This document shows positions 11,150 through 23,569 of a stretch of 64,000 bases of DNA, piece by piece. The stretch's first letter is position 1; each line of letters opens with the position of its first letter. The stretch lies in contig NC_134468.1 in the NCBI RefSeq assembly GCF_964194025.1, positions 75,206,001 through 75,270,000 on the forward strand, written 5' to 3'. The notes under the pieces were generated by a model. It worked only from the letters and a program-made list of their open reading frames with translations, searched no databases and had not been told where the DNA came from. Source of the stretch: Convolutriloba macropyga. Its lineage: Eukaryota. The position numbers and the translations under genes were made by a program.

Positions 11150-14100
11150 GTTACACGTCGCCAGAATCCTGCTCAGTGAACTCATAAATGCAACTGTTTT
11201 CTCCTATATAAAGATTATAAAGAAAACAGTTTCAATATGCTCCTGTGATAAACAAAAACCTAAGAAATGCAGGTTTTTTACTCTTTGGTTTTTTTTGCAA
11301 TTTTTACTCATTAAGTTTTGTAAATATTCGTTCGCTTGTCTCTGATTCATATAAGCACAAATGGCTGTCAAGTAGCCAGGATACATTTGCACGTCATGAA
11401 TTATGTGTAAAAACACTTTTAGAAATGGGGAAAACTTTTATCAAAGGAAGGTTAGTCATGTATTACCAAAAATCACGCAGATGAACAGAACCTCTTTTCA
11501 CAAATAAATGAAGTGTAGGTGGTCAAGTTGAACTGGAGATTTTAAACTCACATGTTTCTAGCGAGAATATTCGCAACGAAATTTTAAAAAAGGAGAAACC
11601 CAGTACTATCCCCAGTTATCGCTTTGAGGCATTAAATAATAAAGCCTCATTGATCAGATCAGAAAGTTATAGCAAACATTACTTAGCATTTTGAAATAAT
11701 TATCAAATCAGTCCTCAAAAAAATACTCACAAAAAATAACAATTGGCAGCCAACTCATCAGTTCGTTGAGGAAAACTAGTCTATTTTTGAGAGTACTTTC
11801 ACTATAAGGCTGCTTTTATCATTTATATTAGTTTTTAATATCTTTTGAATAAACTAACTATCTTTGGTAATTCTTTGGTAAACAAATTTTAATTTCCTGA
11901 ATAATCTTCAACCAATTTTGCATAAATTGTTTGCGTCTCAGTGATTTTCTTTTAGTTAGCTGAGATACCCACCAGCAGTGATGATATTAAACTCGTAATT
12001 TAAACAACTTTGCTAATGTTCATTTTACTAATATATTTGTTTCTGGCTTAACTTTTGCGTTGCGCGTTTTATAACAATTATTATTTGTCAGCTATGGCGC
12101 GTAAAAATTTCAATTGATCGAGGGACATCCTATTTGGGAGAAAAAGATAACTCCCAAAGAGTAGACAAACTGATCAACAAGCATATCTTTCAGACTTCTC
12201 AGAGTTCTGACAGTCAGAAAGTGCCCAATTAGAAGCCCTCTAATGACAAAATACAGCACTCTATATCAACCATTGAACCTTAAAGCCTTTAGTAGGCTTG
12301 TGATTGTCATTTTTATTCTGGTGGACTGTCTCAGTTTTTTCAGACAAACATTGCTTTATTTGTCAGTTTCGTTCCCAAAAACTGTTCAATAAACAAGGCG
12401 TTCAAAAAACAATAAGATATAAACAAGCATAAATATAAATATGTTTTAGAAACTTAGAGCTTTTTTCTAACAGTATTCACTTTTAGAAAAGAATTTGGTC
12501 TGAAAGTTGCTGAATTCGAGAGTTAACTAGAGGAAACCATATATGTGCTTTTCGATATACAAAAAGATAGAAAAGGGCCTAAAGTTTCTTAAGCATTAAT
12601 TTTCGTGCATCAAATTTTGCATTTACTGTTAACTGTTTCGAATACGCATTAGTGGCAGAGGAACTATATGCTCAACTGAGTTATCTATAATGGAATTTTG
12701 GCTAATTGGTAAAATTATTGAGATAAAACAGAATAACATATGCACAAAAAAACTGAAGAACTCATTAAAAATTTACATATAAATTTCGTCGAAACCGTAA
12801 AAATGTTGAGCGTATCTCTGAAAGCATTAGATTGGCTCCTTGAGTCTGATTTGAAAGTTAATTAATCTGTCTTGAACTGATCCATGATATTCAAACTGAT
12901 TGAACTTTTTTGACATAAAAAGAAAAGGGTGCAACAGGTTTCTGAAAGAAGACAAGACCCCAGTACAACCATCCTCCTCGTTGATTGAAAAAATTCTCGA
13001 TGGTGCCATTTGTTGCCTTGTTTTTGCTGTGCGTCTATCTAAAAGAATTGATTATTCCAAATTGAATCGCAAAACATCAATTCGCTAAAAATTCGAACAT
13101 ATCAAAAATTACTCACGTATTTTGAATATATGCCAATTGAAACTAGCCAAAGTTCAACAGGATTTTACTTTCAGAAGAATCACTTAGGAAGTGAACATAG
13201 TTCTGAATCAAAATCACAAATTTTGAGTCAGCCGTGTTTGTGGCCAATTGGGCTAAGGAACTATGATTGGTGTCAATTTTCATGAAAAACGAGCGTTGTT
13301 TTTAAATTTTTAGTAGAATGTTAGTCGAAAAACTCTGACTAAACAGTTCAGCAACCTGCCTCTTTCTTGAAAGTTTTAACCAATTTGAATATTAATAACA
13401 ATTATAACATCTTTTAGCAAATTTGATGAGAAGTTACTGAGAAAACTATACGGAAACTGAAAGACAGCAGCTGAAATTGGTCGAATGTTAAAAGCTCTTA
13501 GATTTAAACAGCAATAACTCGTGGGAAAAAACGAATTTCAAGAAAACGTTTTAATTAAACATTCTAAACTTAACGGTTTTTCTAATGATACCACTCATAA
13601 TTCTGTACAATAATTTTATCAATTAGCCAAAATTCCATTATAAAAAACTCAGTTGAGCATATAGTTCCTCTGCCACTAATGCGTATTCGAAACAGTTAAC
13701 AGTAAATGCAAAATTTCATGCAGGAAAAATATTGGTTAAAAATAAAAACAGCATAAAAAGCAATAGTATGGTAAACGAGTTCCGGAAGGACAAAAATATC
13801 GAACGATTTCATTTCCTTGTTCAATTGACGTATGTTGTTTTCACCGCGTCATCCTCGCCGCTGTGAAACTACATTCAACGGACTCTAACTGCAGGCTACA
13901 GAAATTTTAAAAGTGTGGTGCAGAAAATTACTGTTGATTTTACATATTTTGAACAATCACCGCGTTGATTGCAAGTTATGTAAGAAATTAACGTCGATTT
14001 TCTAACTTGCCAACGCTGGAAACCGTTTTGTTTACTTATTCTTACAATATTGCCTTGGCTCTGGCACAGATTCCAGACTCAACTGATTAAATCTATTTCG

Positions 14101-15700
14101 GAACTGATGATCGGCTTAAACGATATGGGGAAGATCAAACACAATCAAAATGATCTAAAAAATTATTTCAGTTAGAAATCCTTACACAAATTTCTGAGTA
14201 ACACTTTGAAATCACCACATTCTAACTGAAGTTCAATTTAAGGCATTGGTGAGGTCTCATAGCCGCTTTAACTGAAAATTGATCCATTCCTCTAGTTTAC
14301 TCTCGAGTTCAGCAATTTTCAGAACGAATATTTTTTCTGAAGGTGAATACTGCTGGAAAAAATCACTAAGTTTCTAAAACATAATAATGCAGATGCTTCT
14401 TTATCCTATTGTTTTTTGAACGCCTTGTTTCTTGAACACTTTTTTGGAAACGAAACTATGACAAATAAAGCAATGTTTGTCTGAAAAAAATTGAGACAAT
14501 CCACTAAAATAAAAATGACAATATCACCAGCTCAATAAAGACTTTAAGGTTCAATCATTGATGTAGGAAGCCGTTTTCTTTTGTCGTTTGACAATTTATA
14601 AGTGAGGACTTTCTGAATTGGAGAACTCTCAGAAGTCTGAACTGAACTCTGTTGGCCTGTAAAAACTGCTTTGCATTTTCTATGAGTTCGGTTAGCTAAA
14701 TGTTGATTCTTGTAGATAAACATTTTACATCACTGCTTGTGGGTATCTCAACTGTCTAAAAAAATCACTAAAACACAAACAATTTGTGCCAAATTGATTG
14801 AAGATTATTCAGGACATTAAAATTTTTTTGTTTTCCAAAGAATTACCAAAGATAATTATTTTATTCAATATATAAAAAACATTAATATAAATGATAAAAG
14901 CAGCCTTATAGTTAAGGTGCTCTCAAAAATAGACTAGTTTTTCTCAACGAACTGATGAGTTGGCTACCAATTATTATTTTTGGTGAGTATTTTTTGAGGA
15001 CTGATTTGATAATTATTTTAAACAGCTAACTAATGTTTGTATATTTTTTATGATCTAATCATTAAAGTTTTATTGTTTAATGCCGCACAGCGATAACTGG
15101 GGATAGTACTGGGTCTCTCTTTTTTTAAAATTCGTTGCATATATTCTTGCTAGAAACATGCAAGTTTAAAATCTCCAGTTCAGGTTGATCTACACCTACA
15201 CTCAACTATTAGTGAAAAGAGGTTCTGTTCATCTGCGTGATTTTTGGTAACACATGACTAACCTTGCTTTGATAAAAATTTTCCCCATTTCCAAAAGTGT
15301 TTTTACACTTATTCAATGAACAAACAGCAAGTGAGTGTGTGTCACTGTAACTGAAAAATTCCTTTTTAAAAATACTTTGTCAGCAAAATCTCTCAGGAAG
15401 GGAACTTTCTCTCGTCCTATATTTTTATCATCAGTTTTTGACTGCAGACATGACGTGCAAATGTATCCTGGTTACTTGACAGCCAGGTTTGCTTAATTGA
15501 ATCAGAGACAAGTGAATGAATAATCACAAAATTTTATGAGTAAAAATTGTAAAAAAAAACGAAAGAACAAAAAAAACATGCATCTCTTAGATTTTTGTTT
15601 ATCACAGGAGCATATTGAAACTGTTTCCTTTATAATCGTTATATAGGAGAAAACAGTTGCACTTATGAGTTTACTAAGCAGGATTCTGGCGACTTGTAAC

Positions 15701-16683
15701 TGTTGATGCCATTATTCAACAAAAAATCTTCGGAACAGATTTTGAACCACCAGAAATTAACATAAGAAATGGTGAAAATGGAAAAAAAATAAAAAAAATT
15801 ACAAGTTTGGAATGAATCTCTTTGCACATCACCCGATTTTGGAATGGGAAATTCTGATCGACCTCGTTTGAGCACATGGTTAGAGTAACCTCCTAGCCAC
15901 CAACAAACAGAACAAACCGATTTGCATCATATGCACAAGTGTAGCAATTAGCACTTATCAGGTGCAAAAACGGGTTCTTTCGTTTCTACTGGTTGACAGT
16001 CCATTTTTCCTAAGTTTTTTCTATGCTCTCTTAATTGTTTAATTACAGTCTAAGGCATAATATAAAAAAATTAAATGCCTCCCAGGTACGATCAAAGCTT
16101 GAAGCACTTGAAGGGTTTGGGGCAGATATTTGACTTTTTGATGTAAGTATAAACTGTATTCAATCAATCACTGATGAGAAAAATTTATTTGAAAGATGCT
16201 ATTTTAAAAATTTTTTACCTAATTTTACTTGATTTTATAGTTTACAGTCAAAGTATTTAGAACAATTAGAAACTGTGACAGAGCTCATGGCTCAAATTTT
16301 GACTTTAGTTTGATTCTCAGTATCCACTTTGATGTATATGTTATTGTTTTGTTATATCTAAAAAACCTCGAAGTTTAAAAATTAGTTCAGTTTTTATGCA
16401 AGCTCTAAGCAAAAATTCTATCATGTTGCTGAATCCCTGCAAATTTCTCTATAAGCACAATGATTAGTTATCACTATGGATGTTCTTAACTTCAAAAACC
16501 TAAACTAACAGACCTTTTAAACACTCAAGCGACTGATATCTTCGGCAATATTGTTCGTTAGTAGAAGTAACAGAATTGATGAAATGGGCCGGCGTAAATT
16601 TCAAGAACCTGGCTATGAATAATCGGTACTGCAGAGGTTCTGAGCTTCTTGCGCAGCCGCAACATATGATCCGGCAACGCGGA
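15701..16683 (+). mobile_element. Mirror copy of the family-2 LTR (15701-16664) + degenerate PBS
   Basis: TGTTGATGCC...GCAGCCGCAACA then TGATCCGGCAACGCGGA. Confidence 0.7.
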
Positions 16684-16699
16684 CCGCACAACCGATACA

Positions 16700-17627
16700 A
16701 ACACTAATGAATTTCTGATTTTATTTAATGTGCCAAAATTTCAAGAGGTATCGAATATCAAATTGATCATCAAAATGACCTGACTCAGTCATGCATCCAG
16801 AAAAGTGAAAAAGCGCCCTAACTGTCGGGAAAAGCACAAAGAAGTTTTAAAAATATTATATTCAAAAAATGAAAAGTATTTAAAAACGAACGGAGAATTT
16901 GGGTCATGTCAAGAGTCCGAGAACACAATAGTAGTGCTTCGCAATATCATTGGTCAAAAGACGTAGAAGCTTGAAACTTTGAGCTTTTCCTTGTCAACCT
17001 CAACACAGCTGAAGACATGAAATGAAAGTTCTTTTGGGGAATGGTTCGAAAAGCCACAAATTTCTCAGCAAACGAATAACTGTATTAGCAATTAGATAAA
17101 CAAAACGCAAGTTTAGAGAACTGGAGCTTAGAAATTTTCTGCAATTTTGAGTTTTGAAATAGTAGAAGGACAATGCGTTCAGGTCACTTGAGTCAAGCTG
17201 AAATATACAGAAGCTAACAGGAAATTAAGCAGAGAATTTGTGAGAGGTAAGCTCTTAATTGTAACCGGTTGCCAAACGGCCACAATACTAATGTCCCAAG
17301 ATTAGTCTTTGAGAAAAATTCTGTTTCATAGAAGCAGATGCCAAGATGTTTGGAAATGCAAACGTAACAGAAGCTGCAAAAGATACAGCAGTAATTTTTT
17401 TAGTTTCGCAGTAAAATTTCAGAGTAAAGTGTTGCAATTGATCTCTAATAATGTTTTTCTTAGCAAAGAAGTCAGATTTCTTCCAAGGGGGCAAATGAGC
17501 AAAAGTCTCTCTGTCAAGCAGTTGAAGAACATGCTAAAAAATAAACTTTACTGAGAAAACTATTGATTGTGTAAGGAAGAAAGGTCATCTATTAGAAAGC
17601 AGAATTAAAGCAAAAGAAGAACAAAAA
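16700..17627 (+). mobile_element. LINE-like (ORF1 region) remnant, mirror of 8115-10130 without the EnSpm-like insertion
   Basis: Homologous to 28500-29010. Confidence 0.45.
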
Positions 17628-18367
17628 TTACCATGTTGCCGATGGTAACTTTTATTCTATTTTATTAAAATTAACAAATTGAATGGTTTACAATTAATAT
17701 ATTTAGATCCAATAAAAACCAGAAAAATCCAGGAAATTATCTACCCAGCTGCTATTAAATCCCAAATTGGTTAAGGAATGTGTACATTCTGAAAAAATGA
17801 GAACATGTTTCATTACTGGATGACGCAGTAAAACAATGTAAGCTCAGAATGGGGCAAAAAACTCAAGTTATTACAGGCAACCAAAATGTAGAGCAATAAC
17901 GAGGTTTGATACTAGGCTTCTCCTTTTTTATTAATTTTATCGCAAATATTTTGGCTAGAAAACATATGAGTTCAGAATCTCTTCAATTCTGTGTTTTCAT
18001 TCAATCAAGCAGTTTTGATTGAAATGCCATTTCGTCTTGCATTGAATTTGACTGTTAGTGAAACGAGGTTTTTTTCATCTGTGTAACTTTTGGTCACTTT
18101 GGTCACACGTGACTCACCTTGGCTTCAGAATAAATTTTTCTGCTTGACAGAGAAAAAGAATTTTTTTTCGATAAAAATTTTTCCACATCGCCAGAAAAGG
18201 GATACTTTAATTGACCAGGTACTAGAAAGTAGCTAAGGTAACTTCCCCTAATCACCAATGAACTTAGCAAATCGAATTGCATAATATGGCATTGCATCAA
18301 ATGGCAATGAGCAGATAAAGGGCGAAAATTTACCCTGTATTACTCTTTCTTAGATGTTCAATAGTAG

Positions 18368-20115
18368 TGTTGGCGGCACGTAAAATCAACAAAAAGAGCC
18401 ATCAGACAGCAAGAAATTTGAAACCGAAATTTTGCGCAACCCCCGATTTTTGGGAATCACAAACCTGAGCAATCCAAAGTCATGGCACACAGTTAAAATT
18501 ACCTCTAAGGTGCTCATGAACCCGACGATTATTTTGGCATCAGACCCACAAGTGTGGCTAACAGCACTTATGTTTTTTGATATTTTGATATTAATTGTTA
18601 AATTTCTGAAATTATTAGTTTCATGATACTTTAGGTGTTCATTAAATGCTTAATACCGTACAATAGAGGTACTTACAGCCACTTACAAATCATCCGTGCT
18701 TGTGTCAATAAATGTAAAAATTGCAGTAATTTGACATTTACTATGTAAAAAATGACAAAAATCACTTTCTTGTTTAATCAATCAGAAACAATTAAGGATG
18801 ATGTTATGAATGATAATTATTTGATTATTTACTCTGAACCAATAGTTTGAACAGTGAACCTCTTAGATTCTTTAACAGTTTGGTCATTTTTGCTAAGTTT
18901 TGCTATATCTTAAGATCTTGCGAGTTTTAAGTAAGTTGAGTTCACTTGAAAAGAAGTTAGTAACGAATATAGCTAGTGGTTGAATCGTTACAATTTTCAG
19001 CACAAGATTGAAAATAGGCTATCACTGAGAACTTTCTTAACTTCAATCTGCAAAGCTACAGTCCTTTAAATACGTCCGAGCAACTAAATATTTCTGCGAG
19101 GTCATTAGACAATCGGATTCAGTGAAGAACCACGCTGGCGTAAAACTCGAGAAACAGGCTGAGATATATCGGTTCAGCTGAGATTCATGAGCAGCCCAAA
19201 CATTTGGTCTGCCGACCCGGACACAAAACAAAAAGAGTGATACTAACAGCAACGATTCATCATTTCAAATAGGTGGACCAAAGCATAACTAGTAACATTG
19301 CCAAGCAAAAGCAGACACTGGAAAACAGTTGATTGGAAGATCAGTGAACTCAAGACGTTAAAAATGAGCAAGTTGAACTACTCAAATTGTTCTCCAGACA
19401 CCTCATTGAGCTAGGAGGCTACCTGACATAAAACAATTCAATGACAGCCGAAAGTCCCAATCGATTTTTCTTTGAGACGTACGACATTTTAGAAGACAAC
19501 AGAAAGCCACAGAGGTTACTATTCATACCAAAGTATTTAGAAGCTTTCGAGAAAGAGACCCAGCATATACTAGAAAAAAAGAGTGAATTTTTGAGATGAG
19601 TGGTTGACAAAGTACCATTTCTCCGAGACATTGGGAGTTTCCAAATAAAAAGCTTGGGATGTTGAAAAAACTTTTTGAGCATACTAATCAGTGAAAGCTG
19701 TTGAACCAATTGTGATTGAAGTATCAGATTTGAAGAGCAAGTTGAAAACAGAAAAATTCAGCCAATCCGAAAAACAAAAATTGTGTGATCAGGTGGAACA
19801 GTTAGTTGTAAAACTAGATAAAATCTACACAGAATGGATTCGAATGATGAAGCGAGAAGATTGTTCACAACAGTTTGAGGACCTCAGTGTTAGTAGGAGT
19901 TATTATCGGAACCTCATCACGCACTACGAGCACAGCAAGGATTGTCGGAACCAAACATCGTTAGTATCATCCACATCGGCCGATGATAAGGACCCGATCG
20001 ACACCGTGATTGATACAGGAAAGTGAGCAATAGAAAACATTGAAGAGAATCTTGACGTCTCTTCCAGGCATTCTGCTACACGAGGAAGCAAAAAGCAACC
20101 CAGTATCACCTTTGG
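18368..20115 (+). mobile_element. BEL/Pao fragment: LTR (18368-19202) + PBS (19205-19221) + 5' gag
   Basis: TGTTGGCGGC...AAACA TT TGGTCTGCCGACCCGGA; ORF 19691..20026 is a gag piece. Confidence 0.82.
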
Positions 20116-21930
20116 CTAACCAATTGCATGGTTTACAATCAATAAATTTAGATCCAATAGAAACTGTTACAAAGAGATCTTGTGTCAAGGAAAAAAAGCG
20201 GGAAATTGTCCACTCAATTGCAATTAAAGACCAAATTGGTCAAAGAATGTGCACATTTTGAAAAATTCAGAAAATTTTTCATCACTGGATGACGAAGTAA
20301 AACAATGTAAGCTCAGAATGGGACAAAAAAGTTATTACAGGCAACAAAAATGCAGAGCAATAACGAGGTTTGATACTGGGCTTCTCCTTTTTTTAAATTT
20401 TATTGCAAAGATTTTAGCTAGAAACATATGAATTCAGAATCTCTTCAATTCTGTGTTTTCATTCAATCAAGCAGTTTTGATTGAAATGCAAATTCGTCTT
20501 GTATCAAATTTTGACTTTTAGTGAAACGAGGTTCTTTTCATCTGTGTAACTTGACATCTGACTAATCTAGCTTTCAGAATAATTTTTTCTGATTGCCAGA
20601 GGAAATAAAATTTTTTTAGACACAAATTTTTCCACATCGCCAGAATTTGGAAAAAGGTACTCTAATTGACCAGGTATTAGAAAAAAGTTAAATTATTGTC
20701 CCCTAATCACCAATGAACTTAACTAATCGAACTGCATCATATGGCATTGCATCAGGTGGCATTGATCAGATAAAGTGCAAAAAATTATTTTCTTATTTTA
20801 TTGGTTTTCTTTCAATTTTTTTTAAGAGTATTATTCAAATTATTCAGTATTATTTCTTTAAGAGTATTATTCTCTTTCTTTGGGAGTATTATTCAATATT
20901 ATTCAAATTTCTCTATTACGCTTTCTTAAATGTTCAATATTGGTGTCGGCGGCACTTTAAATCAGCAAAAGGAGCCATCACATAGCAGGAAACAAATTTT
21001 GAAACTAATAAAAATTAAAATTGTCGAAACTCAAAAATGGTCAAAACTGAAAGAGTTGGGGCCGAAATTGTGTACACCCCTTCAATTTTTGGAAAGGAAA
21101 GCCTGAATAACCCAAAGTTTTGGCACACGGTTAGTTTTTCTTCTCAGCTACTCATGGACCCATTGCAATTTGTTGCATCAGACCCACAAGTGTGGCGAGT
21201 AGTTTTTATATGGTGCAACATTGGTATTTGTTTGATACTTTGTTATTTATAGTTAATTTTCTTAAGTTGTTTAATTTATGATAATTTAAGTGTTCATTAA
21301 AGGCTATATACCGTGAATATGAGGCATTTAAAGCCACGTAATAACCATCCGTTCGTATGTCCATAATAATAGTAACTATTGCAGTAAGTTGACATTTACT
21401 ATGTAAACAATGACCTAAATCGTTTTCTTGACTAAACAATCAGATATAAGTAGCAATACAAATAAAAATGACAAATATTTGATTTTTTACTTTAACTCAA
21501 TTGTTTGAATAATGAAAATATATTGTATTTAGAACCGTTAGAAACTGTTACTACGAGCAGCTGCCTCTCTGATTAGACTAAAATTTGATTCTTCAACAAT
21601 TTTATTGTTTTTTGCTAAGTTTTGCAAGGTCTTAGGATCAAACGAGTTTTAATTAGTTGAGTTTATTTGATGAGAGTTAGCAACAAAACTAGCTACTGGT
21701 TGAAGCGTTACAAAGTTCAGCACGAGATTGAACATAGATTATCACTGAGGACTTTCTTAACTTCAATCAACAAAACTAAAGTTACAGTCCTTTAATTACG
21801 TCCGAGCAACTAATTATTTCTGCGATATCTTTAGACCAAGGGATTGAGTGAAGAACCAGGCTGGCGTAGAACCTGAGATCCAGGCTGTGATATATCGGTT
21901 CCGCTGAGCTTCTTGAAAAGCCTCAATATT

Positions 21931-21947
21931 TGGTCGGCCGACCCGGA
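21931..21947 (+). promoter_or_regulatory. Primer-binding site of the BEL/Pao element (tRNA-Tyr-like)
   Basis: TGGTCGGCCGACCCGGA 2 nt after the LTR end; resembles the BEL-type TGGTCCTTCGAGCCGGA PBS. tRNA identity is inferred. Confidence 0.6.
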
Positions 21948-23569
21948 CACACAATTAAAAGAGTGATACAAACAGCAACGATTCATCATATCAATTAGGT
22001 CGACCAAAGCATAGCTAGTAACCTTGGCCAGCAAAAGTCCCAGCAGACACTGGAAAACAGTTGGTTGGAAGACCAGTGAACTCAAGACGTTAGAAAAGGA
22101 GCAGGCGATTCTTCTTCAAGATGTACGACAGTTTAGATGACAACAGAAAGCAACATAGGTTACCATTAAAACCAACGTTTTTAGAAGCTTACGACAATGA
22201 CACCAAGCGTATTTCAGATAAAAAGAGTAAATTTTGGAGATTGGTAGTTGAAGAAATACCTTTTCTCCAAAACAGAAATCTTTGGATGTTGGAAAAACAC
22301 ATATTGAGCATACTAATCAGTGAAAGCTGCTTGTTCAGTTGTGATTGATTTATCAGATATGGAGAAGAAGTTGAAAACAGAAAACTTCAGCGACTCCGCG
22401 AAACAGATATTGTGTGATCAGATGGAACAGTTAGCTGTAAAACTAGATAAAATCTAAGCAGATTAGATTGGAGTGATGAAGCGAGAAGATTGCCCAAGTG
22501 TTTGAGGACCTCAGTAATATCAAGAGTTACTATCGGAACCTGATCAAGCAGTACGGGAACAGCAAGGATTGTTGGAACCAAACATAGTTAGTATCATCCA
22601 CATCGGTTGGTGATAAGAAACTAATAGAAACTGTGATTGAAACAGGAAATGGAGCAATAGAAAACGCTGAAGAGAACCTTAAGGTCTCTTCCAGGCATTC
22701 TGCTACACACGGAAGAAAAAAGCACCACCTTCGGCGACAGATAGACGAAATGGAGCTCGGAAACCTAAGAGCTAAAAATAAAACAGTGCAACGACTGCGA
22801 GAACGACAGTTGGAGTTAGAGCAGGAGCGTGAGGAAAAAGAACTTCAGCAAAGAAATGGAACGTCAGTAAGAAGAAATACGTTTCCAACAACAACAACCA
22901 CAGCAACCACAACAACAACAAAACAGCAGCAGCAAAACAGCGGGAACCACGTCTAAAGATGCAACAACAAGAAGACAAACTGAGTCTTCGACAGCATGAG
23001 CGACCCCTTGAAAACGACAGAGAGAAAGCAGAGGCCGACAAATAACAAAGACATCTGGAACATGAGCTGACCAAAGGAAACTCAAGGACATCTGGACCAG
23101 TGGCAGATTAGATAAAAAGTGTTGGATCAAGACGCAGTCAAGGAAGAACAACCGGGTGGCAAGAATCAGTGGCTCAACAGTCTGTCCCTAGACGGCCACT
23201 ATGTTCAAACGTTGTTATCGACCCTCCAACGAACGTCACATAGGGAAGAGTTGACAACCGTTTCAGCACCTACCCAAAAACTACCCCACTTCCAAACGCG
23301 TGAAGGATTTTTCTCAACGCAGCCGAGAGAATGGAGCATTTTCAAGAAACAAGAAATCTGTAAATCAATTACAACTACGGACCCACCAGCACCGTTAAAA
23401 AGGACGACGTTTCAGCAGCAAGAGCAGTCCAAGAAAAAAACAGGACTCAGAGTCCCATTAACAACTCTCGAAACAGGTCTGACGAGAGAAAAGACAGGAG
23501 CACATGGAACCAAACCATTCCGCAAGTCAATGACCAACCAGTACCAAGCAGTGGTGCCAGTGGCTTGCC

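Larger units (their letters stand above)
1..12720. repeat. Left arm of a large imperfect inverted duplication (may extend left of the window)
   Basis: Colinear reverse-complement matches: 12597-12720 to 13605-13730; 10201-11149 to 15701-16664; 8115-8800 to 16940-17627; 5273-6035 to 17632-18367; 1670-2621 to 20944-21928. Confidence 0.88.
13605..22730. repeat. Right arm of the large imperfect inverted duplication
   Basis: Mirror image of ~760-12720 with arm-specific indels; paired ORF-track entries, e.g. 10165+ with 16500- and 8187- with 17309+. Confidence 0.88.

Noticed and set aside
22864-23151. Cys-rich minus-strand ORF resembling a metallothionein
   Set aside because: Antisense reading of an (ACA/GCA)n Gln/Thr tract in the Pao gag region.
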